Below, piece by piece: positions 1-9,646 of a DNA stretch of 32,000 nucleotides (positions are counted from its first letter, which is position 1; each line of letters opens with the position of its first letter). A program made the position numbers and the translations under genes. The notes below the pieces were generated by a model, which searched no databases, was not told the origin of the DNA, and saw nothing but the letters and a program-made list of their open reading frames with translations. The stretch spans positions 300,001 through 332,000 of the forward strand of contig CAKQHZ010000001.1 of NCBI GenBank assembly GCA_934246625.1, written 5' to 3'. The DNA comes from an uncultured Alphaproteobacteria bacterium (GTDB lineage: Bacteria > Pseudomonadota > Alphaproteobacteria > Rs-D84 > CACZYB01).

Positions 1-1968
1 CAAAAACTTATAAACTTCACCATTAACAGGAGTTGTATAGTCAGAACCACTATACTTTATAACTTGTTTTTTTGAATAAACATTTTCAGCAATAATGCCT
101 ATTGTTCCAGAACTTATTGCAGGAAGTCCCAATAATGCCCAAAGTTGACGGGTAAAATCAACGACAGAAGATTTTCCACTGCTTCCTGTGATTGCAACTA
201 TTGTATCAGGTTGAGTTTTATTGTAAAAATTATAAATAATATCGGCAAAAGTTTTACGTGTATTATCAACCTTTATAACGACTATATTTTTATCATTTAT
301 CAATTTTTGGGTTGCATCGTTAAAATTATAATCTTTTTCAACAATAACTGCCTTTGCTCCATTTTTAATGGCACTTTCTGTGTAATCGGCACCATTTACA
401 GTAAAACCATTTATACCAATAAAAATTGAACCTTCTATTATTGTGTTGCTGTCAGAAGAAACTCGATAAATTGGAGTTGATGGAATATCCTTTAAATTAA
501 AACCTGATTTCAAAAGAAGTTCATCAAGTGGCACAGAATGAGGAGCCAATTTATTGCGGATAAATTCCTTGTCCTTTTCATACATAGTTCCACAAATAAT
601 GATTGAATCCCAATGGCGAGATGTATCAATGACTTCGTCTATTGCCTTATATCTGTTTGGAATAACGGTTGCCTTTGGACAATACTTTACAATAGTATCA
701 CGAATATGTTTTGGATCTTCGGTTCGTGGATTATCATCAACAATAATTACTGTATCAGCATATTCATTTAAAACCTTTCCCATTTCAATACGACGAATGT
801 CCGGTCTGTCGCCACTGCAACCTGCAATACAAATAAGATTATGGTCGACATAAGGTCTGAACTCTGTTAAAAGTTTTTTAAGTCCATCACCATTGTGTCC
901 AAAGTCAACATAAATTTTTGCACCATTTGGAGATGTGCCAACATATTCAATACGTCCCTTTTCATTTTTCAAATTTGAAAGGTGTGGCAAAACCTTTTCC
1001 CAATCATCAACACTTGTCATAAATAAACCTAAAGCACACATAAAATTATATACCTGAAATTCAGTTACAAGATTAAGTGTTAAATCGTATATTTTACCAA
1101 AGATAGAAAGTTTTACCTTTTGTGAATAATTTTCTATTTTATACTCTAAAAGTTGAATATCGGCACCTGCGTTTTTACCATAGGTAATTGTTTTGATTCC
1201 TCGAGATTTACAAACATCAATTATTTTAGATGCACGAGAATCATCAATATTTATTACAGCAGTTCCATCACTTTCCAATAATTCAGAAAAAAGACGAAGT
1301 TTAGCATTAAAATATTCGTCAATAGTTTTATGATAATCAAGATGGTCATTGGAAATATTTGTAAAACCAGCGGATTTAATTTTTATATAATCTACACGAT
1401 TTTGAATAATTCCATGTGATGAAGTTTCAAGTGCAACATTTGTAATGCCTTCGTTGTATAAATTTTGCAAATTTTTATGTAAATCTATGGCATCAGGTGT
1501 TGTCAAAGTTTTTTGACCTACGTTGTTTGAAGTTTGAACTCCTACTGTGCCAATAGAAGCTCCATTGATACCAACAAAATCCCACATTTGCCTTACGAAA
1601 TTGACAATAGAACTTTTTCCATTTGTGCCAGTAACTGCCAAAATAAAATCTGGTTTATTTGGATAAAAAATATTTGAAACTTTTGCCTCGGTTTCACGAA
1701 TATTTTCAACAAAAATAAATGGAATGTTTTGATATTTAGATGGGTCAATATTATCTTTATTATCATTGCCGATAATAATTGCAACTGCACCATTTGAAAT
1801 TGCATTATCAATAAAATCTGCACCATTAAAATTTATTCCCTTTATCGCAATAAAGATATTTCCAGTTTGAATTTTTGATGAATTATTTTGAAGACCTGTA
1901 ATTTCAATATCGTTATTAAAATTAACTGTATTTGATTTTATATTATTTAATATTTCAGATAGTTTCAT
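1..1968 (-). CDS. murE: UDP-MurNAc-L-Ala-D-Glu:meso-DAP ligase (MurE), complete (~490 aa), continuing in frame into the first ~165 aa of a second MurE/MurF-type Mur ligase module. The 3' end runs off the window.
   Basis: Hand translation from ATG at 1968-1966: MKLSEILNNIKSNTV...LAVTGTNGKSS (P-loop)...ASIGTVG...LTTPDAIDLH...ETSSHG...NISNDHLDYH...AGCSGDRP...VDDNPRTEDP (DNPR motif). The frame has no stop down to position 1 (1968 nt = 656 codons). The ORF track shows no closed ORF here, consistent with an ORF open at the window edge. Confidence 0.8.
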   Translation of the reverse strand, partial: MKLSEILNNIKSNTVNFNNDIEITGLQNNSSKIQTGNIFIAIKGINFNGADFIDNAISNGAVAIIIGNDNKDNIDPSKYQNIPFIFVENIRETEAKVSNIFYPNKPDFILAVTGTNGKSSIVNFVRQMWDFVGINGASIGTVGVQTSNNVGQKTLTTPDAIDLHKNLQNLYNEGITNVALETSSHGIIQNRVDYIKIKSAGFTNISNDHLDYHKTIDEYFNAKLRLFSELLESDGTAVINIDDSRASKIIDVCKSRGIKTITYGKNAGADIQLLEYKIENYSQKVKLSIFGKIYDLTLNLVTEFQVYNFMCALGLFMTSVDDWEKVLPHLSNLKNEKGRIEYVGTSPNGAKIYVDFGHNGDGLKKLLTEFRPYVDHNLICIAGCSGDRPDIRRIEMGKVLNEYADTVIIVDDNPRTEDPKHIRDTIVKYCPKATVIPNRYKAIDEVIDTSRHWDSIIICGTMYEKDKEFIRNKLAPHSVPLDELLLKSGFNLKDIPSTPIYRVSSDSNTIIEGSIFIGINGFTVNGADYTESAIKNGAKAVIVEKDYNFNDATQKLINDKNIVVIKVDNTRKTFADIIYNFYNKTQPDTIVAITGSSGKSSVVDFTRQLWALLGLPAISSGTIGIIAENVYSKKQVIKYSGSDYTTPVNGEVYKFL

Positions 1969-2093
1969 TTTTTATCCTTTTATTATAATTGTTATATTTT
2001 ATAGGAAAAAAGTGAAGTTATCAATAGAAACTTTTGCCTTGTCTATTTAATCAAACAAGTATATATTAACTTTATAAAAATAAGGAGATAGAG

Positions 2094-3278
2094 ATGAAAA
2101 ATTTAGAAAATTTTGATTTAATTAGAGTTTTTGATACATCTGCACTTGATAGAAATATTAAAAAAGCCCTTAAAAAATTTGGTGAAAAGTTAGCTGTAGT
2201 AATCAAGTCAAATTCCTATGGCTTTGGGATTGAAAAAACTTTACCAATATTTAAAAAAAATAAAATCAAAAATTATTTTTGTCAGGATATTATTGAGGCA
2301 TTAAATGCAAAAAAAATATTAAATGATGACTCCTATATCTATACATTTGCTGGGGTCCAAAATGGACAAGCAAAAACATTTATTGATAATCAGATTATTC
2401 CTATTTGTGTGAATTTAAGTCAACTTGACTATTTTAATAAAGAAGCAGGACACAAAAAACAAAAACCAAAGGTTGCTATACATTTTGATACTGGAATGAA
2501 CAGAACTGGGCTTTCATTTGAAGAAGTAAAAGAGCTTTCACAAAATTGGGAAAAATATACTTCAAATTTAGATGTTATTTTATATGTAAGTCATTTGCAT
2601 AGCTCATATAATAAAAAAGATGTGGCAAACAAAATTCAAATCGAAAGGTTTAAAAAATTTACTTCTATGCTTCCAAAATGTAAATATTCTCTTTCTGCAA
2701 CTGGTGGAAGTTTCCGTCTTTGTCCTGACTTTCATTTTGATATGGTGCGTGTTGGTTATGGTATTTATGGAATGCTTCGTGAAATGGAAAGTATTATTTC
2801 TGTATATGCAAAAATACTTCAAATTCGAAATGTAAAAAAGGGTGAAAAAATTGGTTATTTTGGAGGTTGGAAAGCAACCAAAGATATGAAAATTGCCGTG
2901 CTTAACATTGGGTATAAGGACGGATATTCTCGTTCCTTATCAAAAAGTAATAAATTATTTGATAGGATACGTGCAAGATTACACAGCGGTGCTGGATTTG
3001 CAAAATCATATATGGTAATTGATAAATATAAATGCCCTGTGGTTGGAATTATATCAATGAATAATACAATGATTGATGTTTCAAATGTGCCAGAAAAAAT
3101 TCTTGCAACACATAATTGGGTTGAAGTCATTGGTAATAATGCAAATATTATGGATTTTCGTGAAGCAAATGGTTATATCCCATGTGATTTAATCTGTTCG
3201 CTTACAACACCAAATCCAAATGCGATTGATTTATCAAATACCGAATTTTACAAAATTAAAAAAGAATTAAAGATTTAA
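2094..3278 (+). CDS. alr: alanine racemase
   Basis: 394 aa. AVVIKSNSYGFGI matches the PLP-lysine motif (AVVKANAYGHG). Length and C-terminal beta-domain pattern fit. AAGGAG Shine-Dalgarno site at 2082-2087. Divergent from murE. Confidence 0.8.
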   Translation: MKNLENFDLIRVFDTSALDRNIKKALKKFGEKLAVVIKSNSYGFGIEKTLPIFKKNKIKNYFCQDIIEALNAKKILNDDSYIYTFAGVQNGQAKTFIDNQIIPICVNLSQLDYFNKEAGHKKQKPKVAIHFDTGMNRTGLSFEEVKELSQNWEKYTSNLDVILYVSHLHSSYNKKDVANKIQIERFKKFTSMLPKCKYSLSATGGSFRLCPDFHFDMVRVGYGIYGMLREMESIISVYAKILQIRNVKKGEKIGYFGGWKATKDMKIAVLNIGYKDGYSRSLSKSNKLFDRIRARLHSGAGFAKSYMVIDKYKCPVVGIISMNNTMIDVSNVPEKILATHNWVEVIGNNANIMDFREANGYIPCDLICSLTTPNPNAIDLSNTEFYKIKKELKI

Positions 3279-3304
3279 AAAAACTCCCATAAAGGGAGCT
3301 TTTT
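3279..3304. terminator. bidirectional rho-independent terminator between convergent alr and pgi
   Basis: CTCCC-ataaa-GGGAG hairpin (3284-3298) flanked by an A-run on the left and a T-run on the right, so it reads as hairpin plus U-tract on both strands. Confidence 0.55.
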
Positions 3305-4948
3305 TTACATATCTTTTCTTAAAGTCTTTACCATTGAAATAAGGCCATTTGTTGACGAATCGTGAGATGTTGCTGGTTCGTCTGACTTTAAATCCTTTAC
3401 AATTTTTTTTGCAAGTTGTTTTCCTAACTCTACACCAAATTGATCGAAGGAATTTATGTCCCAGAAAATACCTTCAACAAACGTTTTGTGTTCGTAAAAT
3501 GCAACTAGCATACCTAAAGTTTCAGGTGTAATTTGCTTTACCAAGAATGTATTTGATGGGCGATTACCACTAAATTCCTTATATGGTAAAAGTTTTTGAA
3601 TTTCCTTATCAGAAAGGTTTTGAGCCCTTAATTCTTCGTATGCTTCCTCACGGGTTTTACCCTTCATCAAAGCCTCGGTTTGAGCAATGCCGTTTGCAAG
3701 AAGTTTTAATTGATGTTCGCCCATTTCATTATGTGAAAAAACAGGAAGAATAAAATCACAAAGGATTTTTTCAGTTCCCTGATGAAGAAGTTGATAAAAT
3801 GAGTGTTGACCATTGGTTCCTTCATCACCAAAAATTACTGGAGATGTTTGATATTTTATTGGATTGCCGTTTTTATCAACTGATTTACCATTACTTTCCA
3901 TTACAAGTTGTTGCAAGTATAATGGCAAAAACTTTAAATAATTATCATAAGGTAAAACTGCCTCGGCAACAGTGCCAAGGAAATTTATATTCCATATAGA
4001 AATAAGAGCCATAAGCACAGGAATATTTTTTGAAAAATCTGTATTTTTAAAATGTTCATCAGCAAGATTTGCACCATTTAAAAACTTTTTAAAATTATCA
4101 ACACCTATTGCCATACAAATAGGAAGTCCTATTGTTCCCCACATTGAATAACGACCACCAATATAATCTCCGAATGGGAAAACTTGACTTTCTGGAATTC
4201 CAAATTCACCAGCAAGTTTTACATTTGTTGATAATGCACAGAAGTGATTTTTTACTGCCTTTTCACCTAACTTTTCAACAAGCCATTTTTTTGCAGTATT
4301 GGCATTTGTCATTGTTTCATCAGTTGTAAATGTCTTACTTGCAATAACAAATAAGGTTGTTTCTGGTTCAATTTTTTTAAGAACTTCTGAGGCATCTGTG
4401 CCATCAATATTTGAAATAAAATGAAAATTGATAAGTGGAGTTTTATATGGCTTTAATGCTTCTATTGCCATTTTGGCACCAAGGTATGACCCACCTATTC
4501 CAATATTTACAACATCAAGTATTCTTTCACCTGTGGCACCTTTGAAATTACCATCACGAACAAGGTTCACAAAATTTGCCATTTTTCCAAAATTATTTCT
4601 GATATCTTCAATTACATTTTGACCATCTACCTTTATAGACTTTGAAAGGTTATCACGAAGTGCTGTATGTAAAACGGCACGACCTTCTGTATAATTGATT
4701 TTTACACCATCAAACATATCTTTTATACGAGATTGAAGTTCCAAATTTTGTGCTGTTTTAATAAGATAGTCCAATGCCTTTTTATCAATTTGATTTTTGG
4801 AATAATCAAAAACTATATCACCAAGTGAAGTTGAAAATTCTTCAAATCTCTTTGGATTTTCTGAAAATAAATCCTTTATTAAAATATCTTTTAAAAAGAT
4901 ACTGTGTTTTTTTAATTGGTTATATGATTGTGTTTCTGTAAAATTCAT
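3305..4948 (-). CDS. pgi: glucose-6-phosphate isomerase
   Basis: Motifs DYSKN, NIGIGGSYLG and GGRYSMW, and length, are typical of Pgi. I place the start at MNFTETQ (ATG 4948-4946) behind AAGGAAAGGAA rather than at the track's upstream TTG at 5023. Confidence 0.9.
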   Translation of the reverse strand: MNFTETQSYNQLKKHSIFLKDILIKDLFSENPKRFEEFSTSLGDIVFDYSKNQIDKKALDYLIKTAQNLELQSRIKDMFDGVKINYTEGRAVLHTALRDNLSKSIKVDGQNVIEDIRNNFGKMANFVNLVRDGNFKGATGERILDVVNIGIGGSYLGAKMAIEALKPYKTPLINFHFISNIDGTDASEVLKKIEPETTLFVIASKTFTTDETMTNANTAKKWLVEKLGEKAVKNHFCALSTNVKLAGEFGIPESQVFPFGDYIGGRYSMWGTIGLPICMAIGVDNFKKFLNGANLADEHFKNTDFSKNIPVLMALISIWNINFLGTVAEAVLPYDNYLKFLPLYLQQLVMESNGKSVDKNGNPIKYQTSPVIFGDEGTNGQHSFYQLLHQGTEKILCDFILPVFSHNEMGEHQLKLLANGIAQTEALMKGKTREEAYEELRAQNLSDKEIQKLLPYKEFSGNRPSNTFLVKQITPETLGMLVAFYEHKTFVEGIFWDINSFDQFGVELGKQLAKKIVKDLKSDEPATSHDSSTNGLISMVKTLRKDM

Positions 4949-5010
4949 TTTATTTCCTTTCCTTAATCTATTAACCGAATTTTTTATAAATGAAATTATA
5001 TTAAAAAACC

Positions 5011-5037
5011 TTGATTTTTGCAAATAAAAAGTATAAT
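5011..5037 (+). promoter_or_regulatory. candidate sigma70-type promoter for parE
   Basis: TTGATT (5011-5016) and TATAAT (5032-5037) with a short 15-nt spacer. It is preceded by an A-rich block that is nearly identical to the one at 10160-10180. Confidence 0.3.
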
Positions 5038-5067
5038 TTCAATATATGTTAAATAAGGGAAAATATA

Positions 5068-7038
5068 ATGATTCAAAGTTCATATTCAGCAAAAGATATT
5101 CAAATTTTAGAGGGCTTAGAACCTGTAAGACTTCGCCCAGGTATGTATATTGGTGGTATTGATTCAACTGCACTTCATCATCTTGTAAGTGAAATTGTTG
5201 ATAATTCTATGGACGAAGTCGGTGCTGGATTTGCAAATGAAATTTGGGTCGAACTTTTAAAGGATAATACTATAACAATTACAGATAATGGTCGAGGTAT
5301 TCCAGTTGATAATCACCCGAAATATCCCGACAAATCTGCATTGGAAGTTATTTTAACAACTCTTCATAGTGGTGGTAAATTTTCAAACAAAGTTTATCAA
5401 ACATCTGGTGGTCTTCATGGTGTGGGGTCAAGTGTTGTGAATGCTCTTTCCGAATTTATGAATGTTGAAGTTTCTCGTGATGGTGCAATACATAGACAAA
5501 CCTATTCTCGTGGAATACCAACTTCTAAACTTGAAATAATTGGAAAAACAAAAGCTACTGGAACAAAAATTACATTTAAACCAGATGCTCAAATTTTTGG
5601 TGAAAATAATATTTTCAAACCTGTGCGACTTTTCAGAATGATTCGTTCAAAGGCTTTTCTTTTCAAAGGAGTTAAAATAAATTGGAAATGTGATGCGGAT
5701 TTAATCACTTCTGATATGAATGTGCCACAAGAAACAATTCTTTGTTTTCCAAATGGTATAAAAGACTTCTTAGAAGAAACTGTTAAAAAGCGTCCAAAGG
5801 TTATAAATGATATATTCTATACCGAATCTGCTCTTGCAAATGAAATGGGAAAGGTTGAATGTGCAATAACTTGGATTGATACTCCTCATGAAGAAGGTAA
5901 TGATAGCGGTTTCTTTAATTCCTATTGTAATACAATTCCAACACCAGAAGGTGGCACACACGAAAATGGTTTAAAATCAGCAATAAATAAAAGTTTAAAA
6001 TCATTTGCAGAAATGGTTGGAAATAAAAAATTTGCAAATGTTATTACTGAAGACATTTTCGATGATGCCGTTGTAATACTTTCTTTGTTTTTCAAAAATC
6101 CTCAATTTCAGGGACAAACAAAAGAAAAGTTTTCTTCTGCAGAAGCAACAAGATTGGTTGATAATGCGGTAAAGGATTATTTTGACTTTTTCCTTACCTC
6201 AAATCCGCAACAGGCAAACTTGCTTTTGGACTATATTATTGAAAAAAGTGAAGCAAGATTAAAACTTAAAAAATTAAAGGAAACAATAAGAAAATCACCA
6301 ACAAAAAAGCTCCGTCTTCCTGGAAAACTTGCCGATTGTTCAAGCAAAGACAGAAGTGGAACTGAAATATTTATTGTTGAGGGAGATTCTGCGGGCGGTT
6401 CTGCTAAACAAGCAAGAAATCGTTTATTGCAAGCAATTCTTCCACTTCGTGGTAAAATTTTAAATGTTGCAAGTTCAAGTTCTGAAAAACTTAATGCTAA
6501 CAAGGAAATTCAAGATATTACCGAAGCTATTGGTTGTGGGGTTGGTCGTGAATATAATGAAGACAAGCTAAGATATGATAAAATTATTATTATGACTGAT
6601 GCTGATGTCGATGGTGCACACATTGCTTCTTTGCTTATGACATTTTTCTTTGAACAAATGCCAAATTTAATTGAAAATGGTCATTTGTATATTGCTCTTC
6701 CTCCTCTTTTTAAGGTAACTGATGGAAAAACTCATTACTATGCAATGGACGAAGAAGAAAAGGATAAAATCATTGCAAAGCATTTCAAGAATAAAAAGGT
6801 TGAAATAAATCGCTTTAAAGGTCTTGGTGAAATGATGCCTTCTCAACTTAAGGAAACAACTATGGATCCAAAGACACGAATCCTTCTTAAAATTGAAATT
6901 CCACCAAAAACAGAAGAAGGTTTTGAAGATTTACAAGAAACCAAAAATTTGGTTGCAAACCTTATGGGTAAAAATCCTGAATACAGATTCAGATTTATTC
7001 AAGAAGGGGCAAAGTTCACAACCGATTTGGATATTTAA
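5068..7038 (+). CDS. parE: DNA topoisomerase IV subunit B (type IIA topoisomerase ATPase/Toprim subunit)
   Basis: 656 aa. LEGLEPVRLRPGMYIGG, GHKL ATPase motifs (DNGRGIP, GGLHGVG), Toprim EGDSAGG and IMTDADVDGAHI. The length lacks the insertion of Gram-negative GyrB, so ParE is favoured over GyrB. Confidence 0.75.
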   Translation: MIQSSYSAKDIQILEGLEPVRLRPGMYIGGIDSTALHHLVSEIVDNSMDEVGAGFANEIWVELLKDNTITITDNGRGIPVDNHPKYPDKSALEVILTTLHSGGKFSNKVYQTSGGLHGVGSSVVNALSEFMNVEVSRDGAIHRQTYSRGIPTSKLEIIGKTKATGTKITFKPDAQIFGENNIFKPVRLFRMIRSKAFLFKGVKINWKCDADLITSDMNVPQETILCFPNGIKDFLEETVKKRPKVINDIFYTESALANEMGKVECAITWIDTPHEEGNDSGFFNSYCNTIPTPEGGTHENGLKSAINKSLKSFAEMVGNKKFANVITEDIFDDAVVILSLFFKNPQFQGQTKEKFSSAEATRLVDNAVKDYFDFFLTSNPQQANLLLDYIIEKSEARLKLKKLKETIRKSPTKKLRLPGKLADCSSKDRSGTEIFIVEGDSAGGSAKQARNRLLQAILPLRGKILNVASSSSEKLNANKEIQDITEAIGCGVGREYNEDKLRYDKIIIMTDADVDGAHIASLLMTFFFEQMPNLIENGHLYIALPPLFKVTDGKTHYYAMDEEEKDKIIAKHFKNKKVEINRFKGLGEMMPSQLKETTMDPKTRILLKIEIPPKTEEGFEDLQETKNLVANLMGKNPEYRFRFIQEGAKFTTDLDI

Positions 7039-7089
7039 TTGATTGTTTATTATTTTAATGCGTTGTATTATTTATAAAGGAGAAGAATT

Positions 7090-7902
7090 ATGAAACTTTT
7101 GATTTTAAAATTAACTTTCGTATTCGTATTTTGTTTTAATATAATTGCAAATGCCCAATCTAATAATGAAGCAATTTCATCTATTGAGGAAAATTTAGTC
7201 CGACTTGAAGAAGTCCTTAAAAACCTTACCTCAAAGGTGGAAGAACTTAATTATCAACAAAAACAGGTAAAAAAGGAAACTGCGAATCATATAAAGGATA
7301 TTAACCTTTCCATAAATGAACTTAGGGAAAAGGAACGTAAACGCGAAGAAAAAGTTAAGCAATATGAAGAAGAACTTCAAACTCTTCAAAATATGACTTC
7401 GGTTTTAAAAGATGATAGCTCTTTGATAAAAAAGGATATTTCAAAACTTTCTGATACAGTATCTTCTATTGCAACAAAGGAACCTGTAAGTTTGGTTGAT
7501 GCAAAAGAAAGCAAAAACGAATCAGACAAGAAAAATAGTATTGTTGAAGAATTGCTTATTGAAAACAATACATCAAAAGCCACAGAAAAATCAGAAGTCG
7601 ATAAAAAAGAAAATGATGTATATAATAATGCAAACAAATCTTTTCTTGATAAAAACTACACGGAATCTGCAATTAAATATGCCGAATTTATAAAAGCCTA
7701 TCCTGAAAGTAAAAATTTTCATAATGCTTTGTTAAATCTTGGAATTTCAATGAAAAACCTTGATAAAACAAATAATGCTTGTCAGGCATTTGCAAATATC
7801 ATAAATTCAAAAGAAAATATTGATGAAAACATCAAAACAAGTGCAAACAAAGAATTTGATAAATTAAATTGTAAAAACTTAAATAGCTCAAATGGAAAAT
7901 AG
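7090..7902 (+). CDS. cpoB: CpoB/YbgF-like periplasmic protein (signal peptide, coiled coil, C-terminal TPR)
   Basis: N-terminal signal peptide (LTFVFVFCFNIIANA|QS), a long heptad-rich K/E segment, and a C-terminal segment YNNANKSFLDKNYTESAIKYAEFIKAYPESKNFHNALLNLGISMKNL typical of YbgF TPR repeats. AAAGGAG Shine-Dalgarno site. Confidence 0.55.
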   Translation: MKLLILKLTFVFVFCFNIIANAQSNNEAISSIEENLVRLEEVLKNLTSKVEELNYQQKQVKKETANHIKDINLSINELREKERKREEKVKQYEEELQTLQNMTSVLKDDSSLIKKDISKLSDTVSSIATKEPVSLVDAKESKNESDKKNSIVEELLIENNTSKATEKSEVDKKENDVYNNANKSFLDKNYTESAIKYAEFIKAYPESKNFHNALLNLGISMKNLDKTNNACQAFANIINSKENIDENIKTSANKEFDKLNCKNLNSSNGK

Positions 7903-8680
7903 CAATATAAATCTTTTGGAACTTTATGTCGAATCGGGTATTGACGAATCATACAATGATAATCCGTTCAATTTTTTTGATGTGAAAAAGCAAGCTGGGG
8001 AAAGCCTTAGCAATCACAATATTGAAAAAATGTTTGATGAAAATTTCAAGGCAAATAACAACCTTGTTTCTATTTCTCAAATACATAAAATGGCAATGGA
8101 TATTTGCGAATCGGTTGCAAACTTTGATGAATTGATTGAAAAAATTAAAACTTTTGATTATTGTCCGTTAAAAGCAAAAAGTATTTCAACAATTACTGGA
8201 TTGGGTATAAAAACGAATCCTCAATTATTAGTTTTAACTGAAATCCCAAATGCAACAGAAGATAAAACTGGTGTTGCATACAGCGGGGATACAGGAATAC
8301 TCCTTTCAAAAATATTATCCGCAATAAAAATGTCAATGGATACAGATGTTTTCAGTATGCCAGTAATGTTTTACAGACCCGCAGGTGGAAGAATGCCAAC
8401 TACAGAAGAAATGGATACCATTAAACCATTTATTTTCAAAGCCATTGATTTATTAAAACCAAAAGCTATCTTAACTATGGGAAGTCTTCCTACCTCATTG
8501 ATACTTAATTCAAGCGAAACGATAGTTTCTCTTCGTGGGAAATGGGCAGAATATAATTCAATTCCAGTAATGCCAACTTTTTCTCTTCAATATATATTAA
8601 ATGCAGGAAAACAAGGACTTAAAGAAGTAAGGCTTAAAGCATGGGAAGATGTTCAAGAAGTTCAAAAACGACTTGGTTAA
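7892..8680 (+). CDS. uracil-DNA glycosylase superfamily (family-4-like) protein with an N-terminal extension; catalytic motifs degenerate
   Basis: LLVLTEIPNATEDKTGVAYSGDTGILLSKIL aligns with the UDG motif-A region (GExPG..ED..G.PF.G..G.LL), followed by YRPAGGRMPTTEE and LTMGSLP. The start overlaps the cpoB stop (ATGGAAAATAG). Confidence 0.55.
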   Translation: MENSNINLLELYVESGIDESYNDNPFNFFDVKKQAGESLSNHNIEKMFDENFKANNNLVSISQIHKMAMDICESVANFDELIEKIKTFDYCPLKAKSISTITGLGIKTNPQLLVLTEIPNATEDKTGVAYSGDTGILLSKILSAIKMSMDTDVFSMPVMFYRPAGGRMPTTEEMDTIKPFIFKAIDLLKPKAILTMGSLPTSLILNSSETIVSLRGKWAEYNSIPVMPTFSLQYILNAGKQGLKEVRLKAWEDVQEVQKRLG

Positions 8681-9546
8681 CTATCTTTGTTTTGTAAAAG
8701 TTTTGCAAGATTACAAAATTGTTGTGGCGTAATTTCTTCGGCACGTGAAGTTTCCTTTATACCAACTAAATTAAGTGTATTTTTTAATTCATCATCATTT
8801 GCAAATAAAGGTTTAAGTGTAGTCCTTAACATTTTTCGTTTTTGGGAAAAGGCAAGTTTTACAATCGCCTCAACCTTTTGTAAAAGTGGTAAAGGTAAAG
8901 TTTTTTCCAACCTTATAAAATTAACTATACATGATGTTATTTTTGGTGGCGGGGAAAAACAATTTCGTGAAACATTAAATAAAATTTTTGTTTTATAATT
9001 AAGTTGTGAAATTATGGAAATACGTCCATAATCCTTTACCTTTGTTTGTGAAGTTATTCTTTTGCCAACTTCCAATTGATACATTAAGGTCATAGAATCG
9101 ATAATATCCGCATCATAAATCCACTTTATTGTAAGTGGGATAGAAATATTATATGGAAGATTGGAACAAATTCTGAAATCACAATTTGGTGCATATTTTT
9201 TCTTTAGCTCTTTGAAATCAACAGTTAAAGCATCGGCTTCTATTATTTCAAGTTTTTGAGGATATGCTTGTTGAAGTTCCTTTAATATACCGATTGCACG
9301 ACTATCAAATTCAATCGCGATAACCTTTTGTGCATCGTTTTTAAGTAATGCCCTTGTTAATCCAGCAGGGCCCGAACCAACCTCCACTACCACAGAATTT
9401 TTTATATTCGGTATGGATTTTGCAATTTTATCTGTTAAATTCAAATCCAAAATAAAATTTTGCCCCAAAGACTTTAATGCTCTTAGCTTGTATTTATCAA
9501 TAAAGCATGAAATTGGTGGAAGATTGTCATAAAAATTTTCTGTCAT
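8677..9546 (-). CDS. rsmA: 16S rRNA (adenine1518/1519-N6)-dimethyltransferase
   Basis: LGQNFILD, VVEVGSGPAGLT (SAM-binding motif) and SNLPYNIS are canonical KsgA/RsmA motifs. Confidence 0.9.
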   Translation of the reverse strand: MTENFYDNLPPISCFIDKYKLRALKSLGQNFILDLNLTDKIAKSIPNIKNSVVVEVGSGPAGLTRALLKNDAQKVIAIEFDSRAIGILKELQQAYPQKLEIIEADALTVDFKELKKKYAPNCDFRICSNLPYNISIPLTIKWIYDADIIDSMTLMYQLEVGKRITSQTKVKDYGRISIISQLNYKTKILFNVSRNCFSPPPKITSCIVNFIRLEKTLPLPLLQKVEAIVKLAFSQKRKMLRTTLKPLFANDDELKNTLNLVGIKETSRAEEITPQQFCNLAKLLQNKDS

Positions 9547-9610
9547 AATAATTTATATTACTTTGATTTTATTATTTTCACAATAATTTATTTAATTTTA
9601 TTGTTTTTTG

Positions 9611-9619
9611 TGCTATATT
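9611..9619 (+). promoter_or_regulatory. candidate extended -10 element (TGcTATATT) upstream of pilin-like gene 1
   Basis: TGCTATATT at 9611-9619, 27 nt before the ATG. The -35 element is weak (TTTAAT). The AT-rich background makes false positives likely. Confidence 0.3.
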
Positions 9620-9646
9620 GAGGTTTAAACAACAGGAGAAAATACT

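Noticed and set aside
3305-5023. N-terminal extensions in the ORF track for pgi (5023), the deoC-like gene (17827), tolB (21709), trpS (25224) and argS (26254).
   Set aside because: Those starts are upstream TTG codons with no ribosome-binding site. In each case an in-frame ATG with a GGAG-type Shine-Dalgarno site lies downstream, and the protein family N-terminus begins there.
8677-8680. Convergent genes that share or abut stop codons: the UDG-like gene and rsmA overlap by TTAA, and the 72-aa ORF and the oxidoreductase abut at 23735-23740. Also the 23-nt overlap of mlaA with the rluC-like start (16954-16976).
   Set aside because: This fits general genome compaction. The overlaps are small and carry no extra sequence signal, although they imply antisense transcript overlap.
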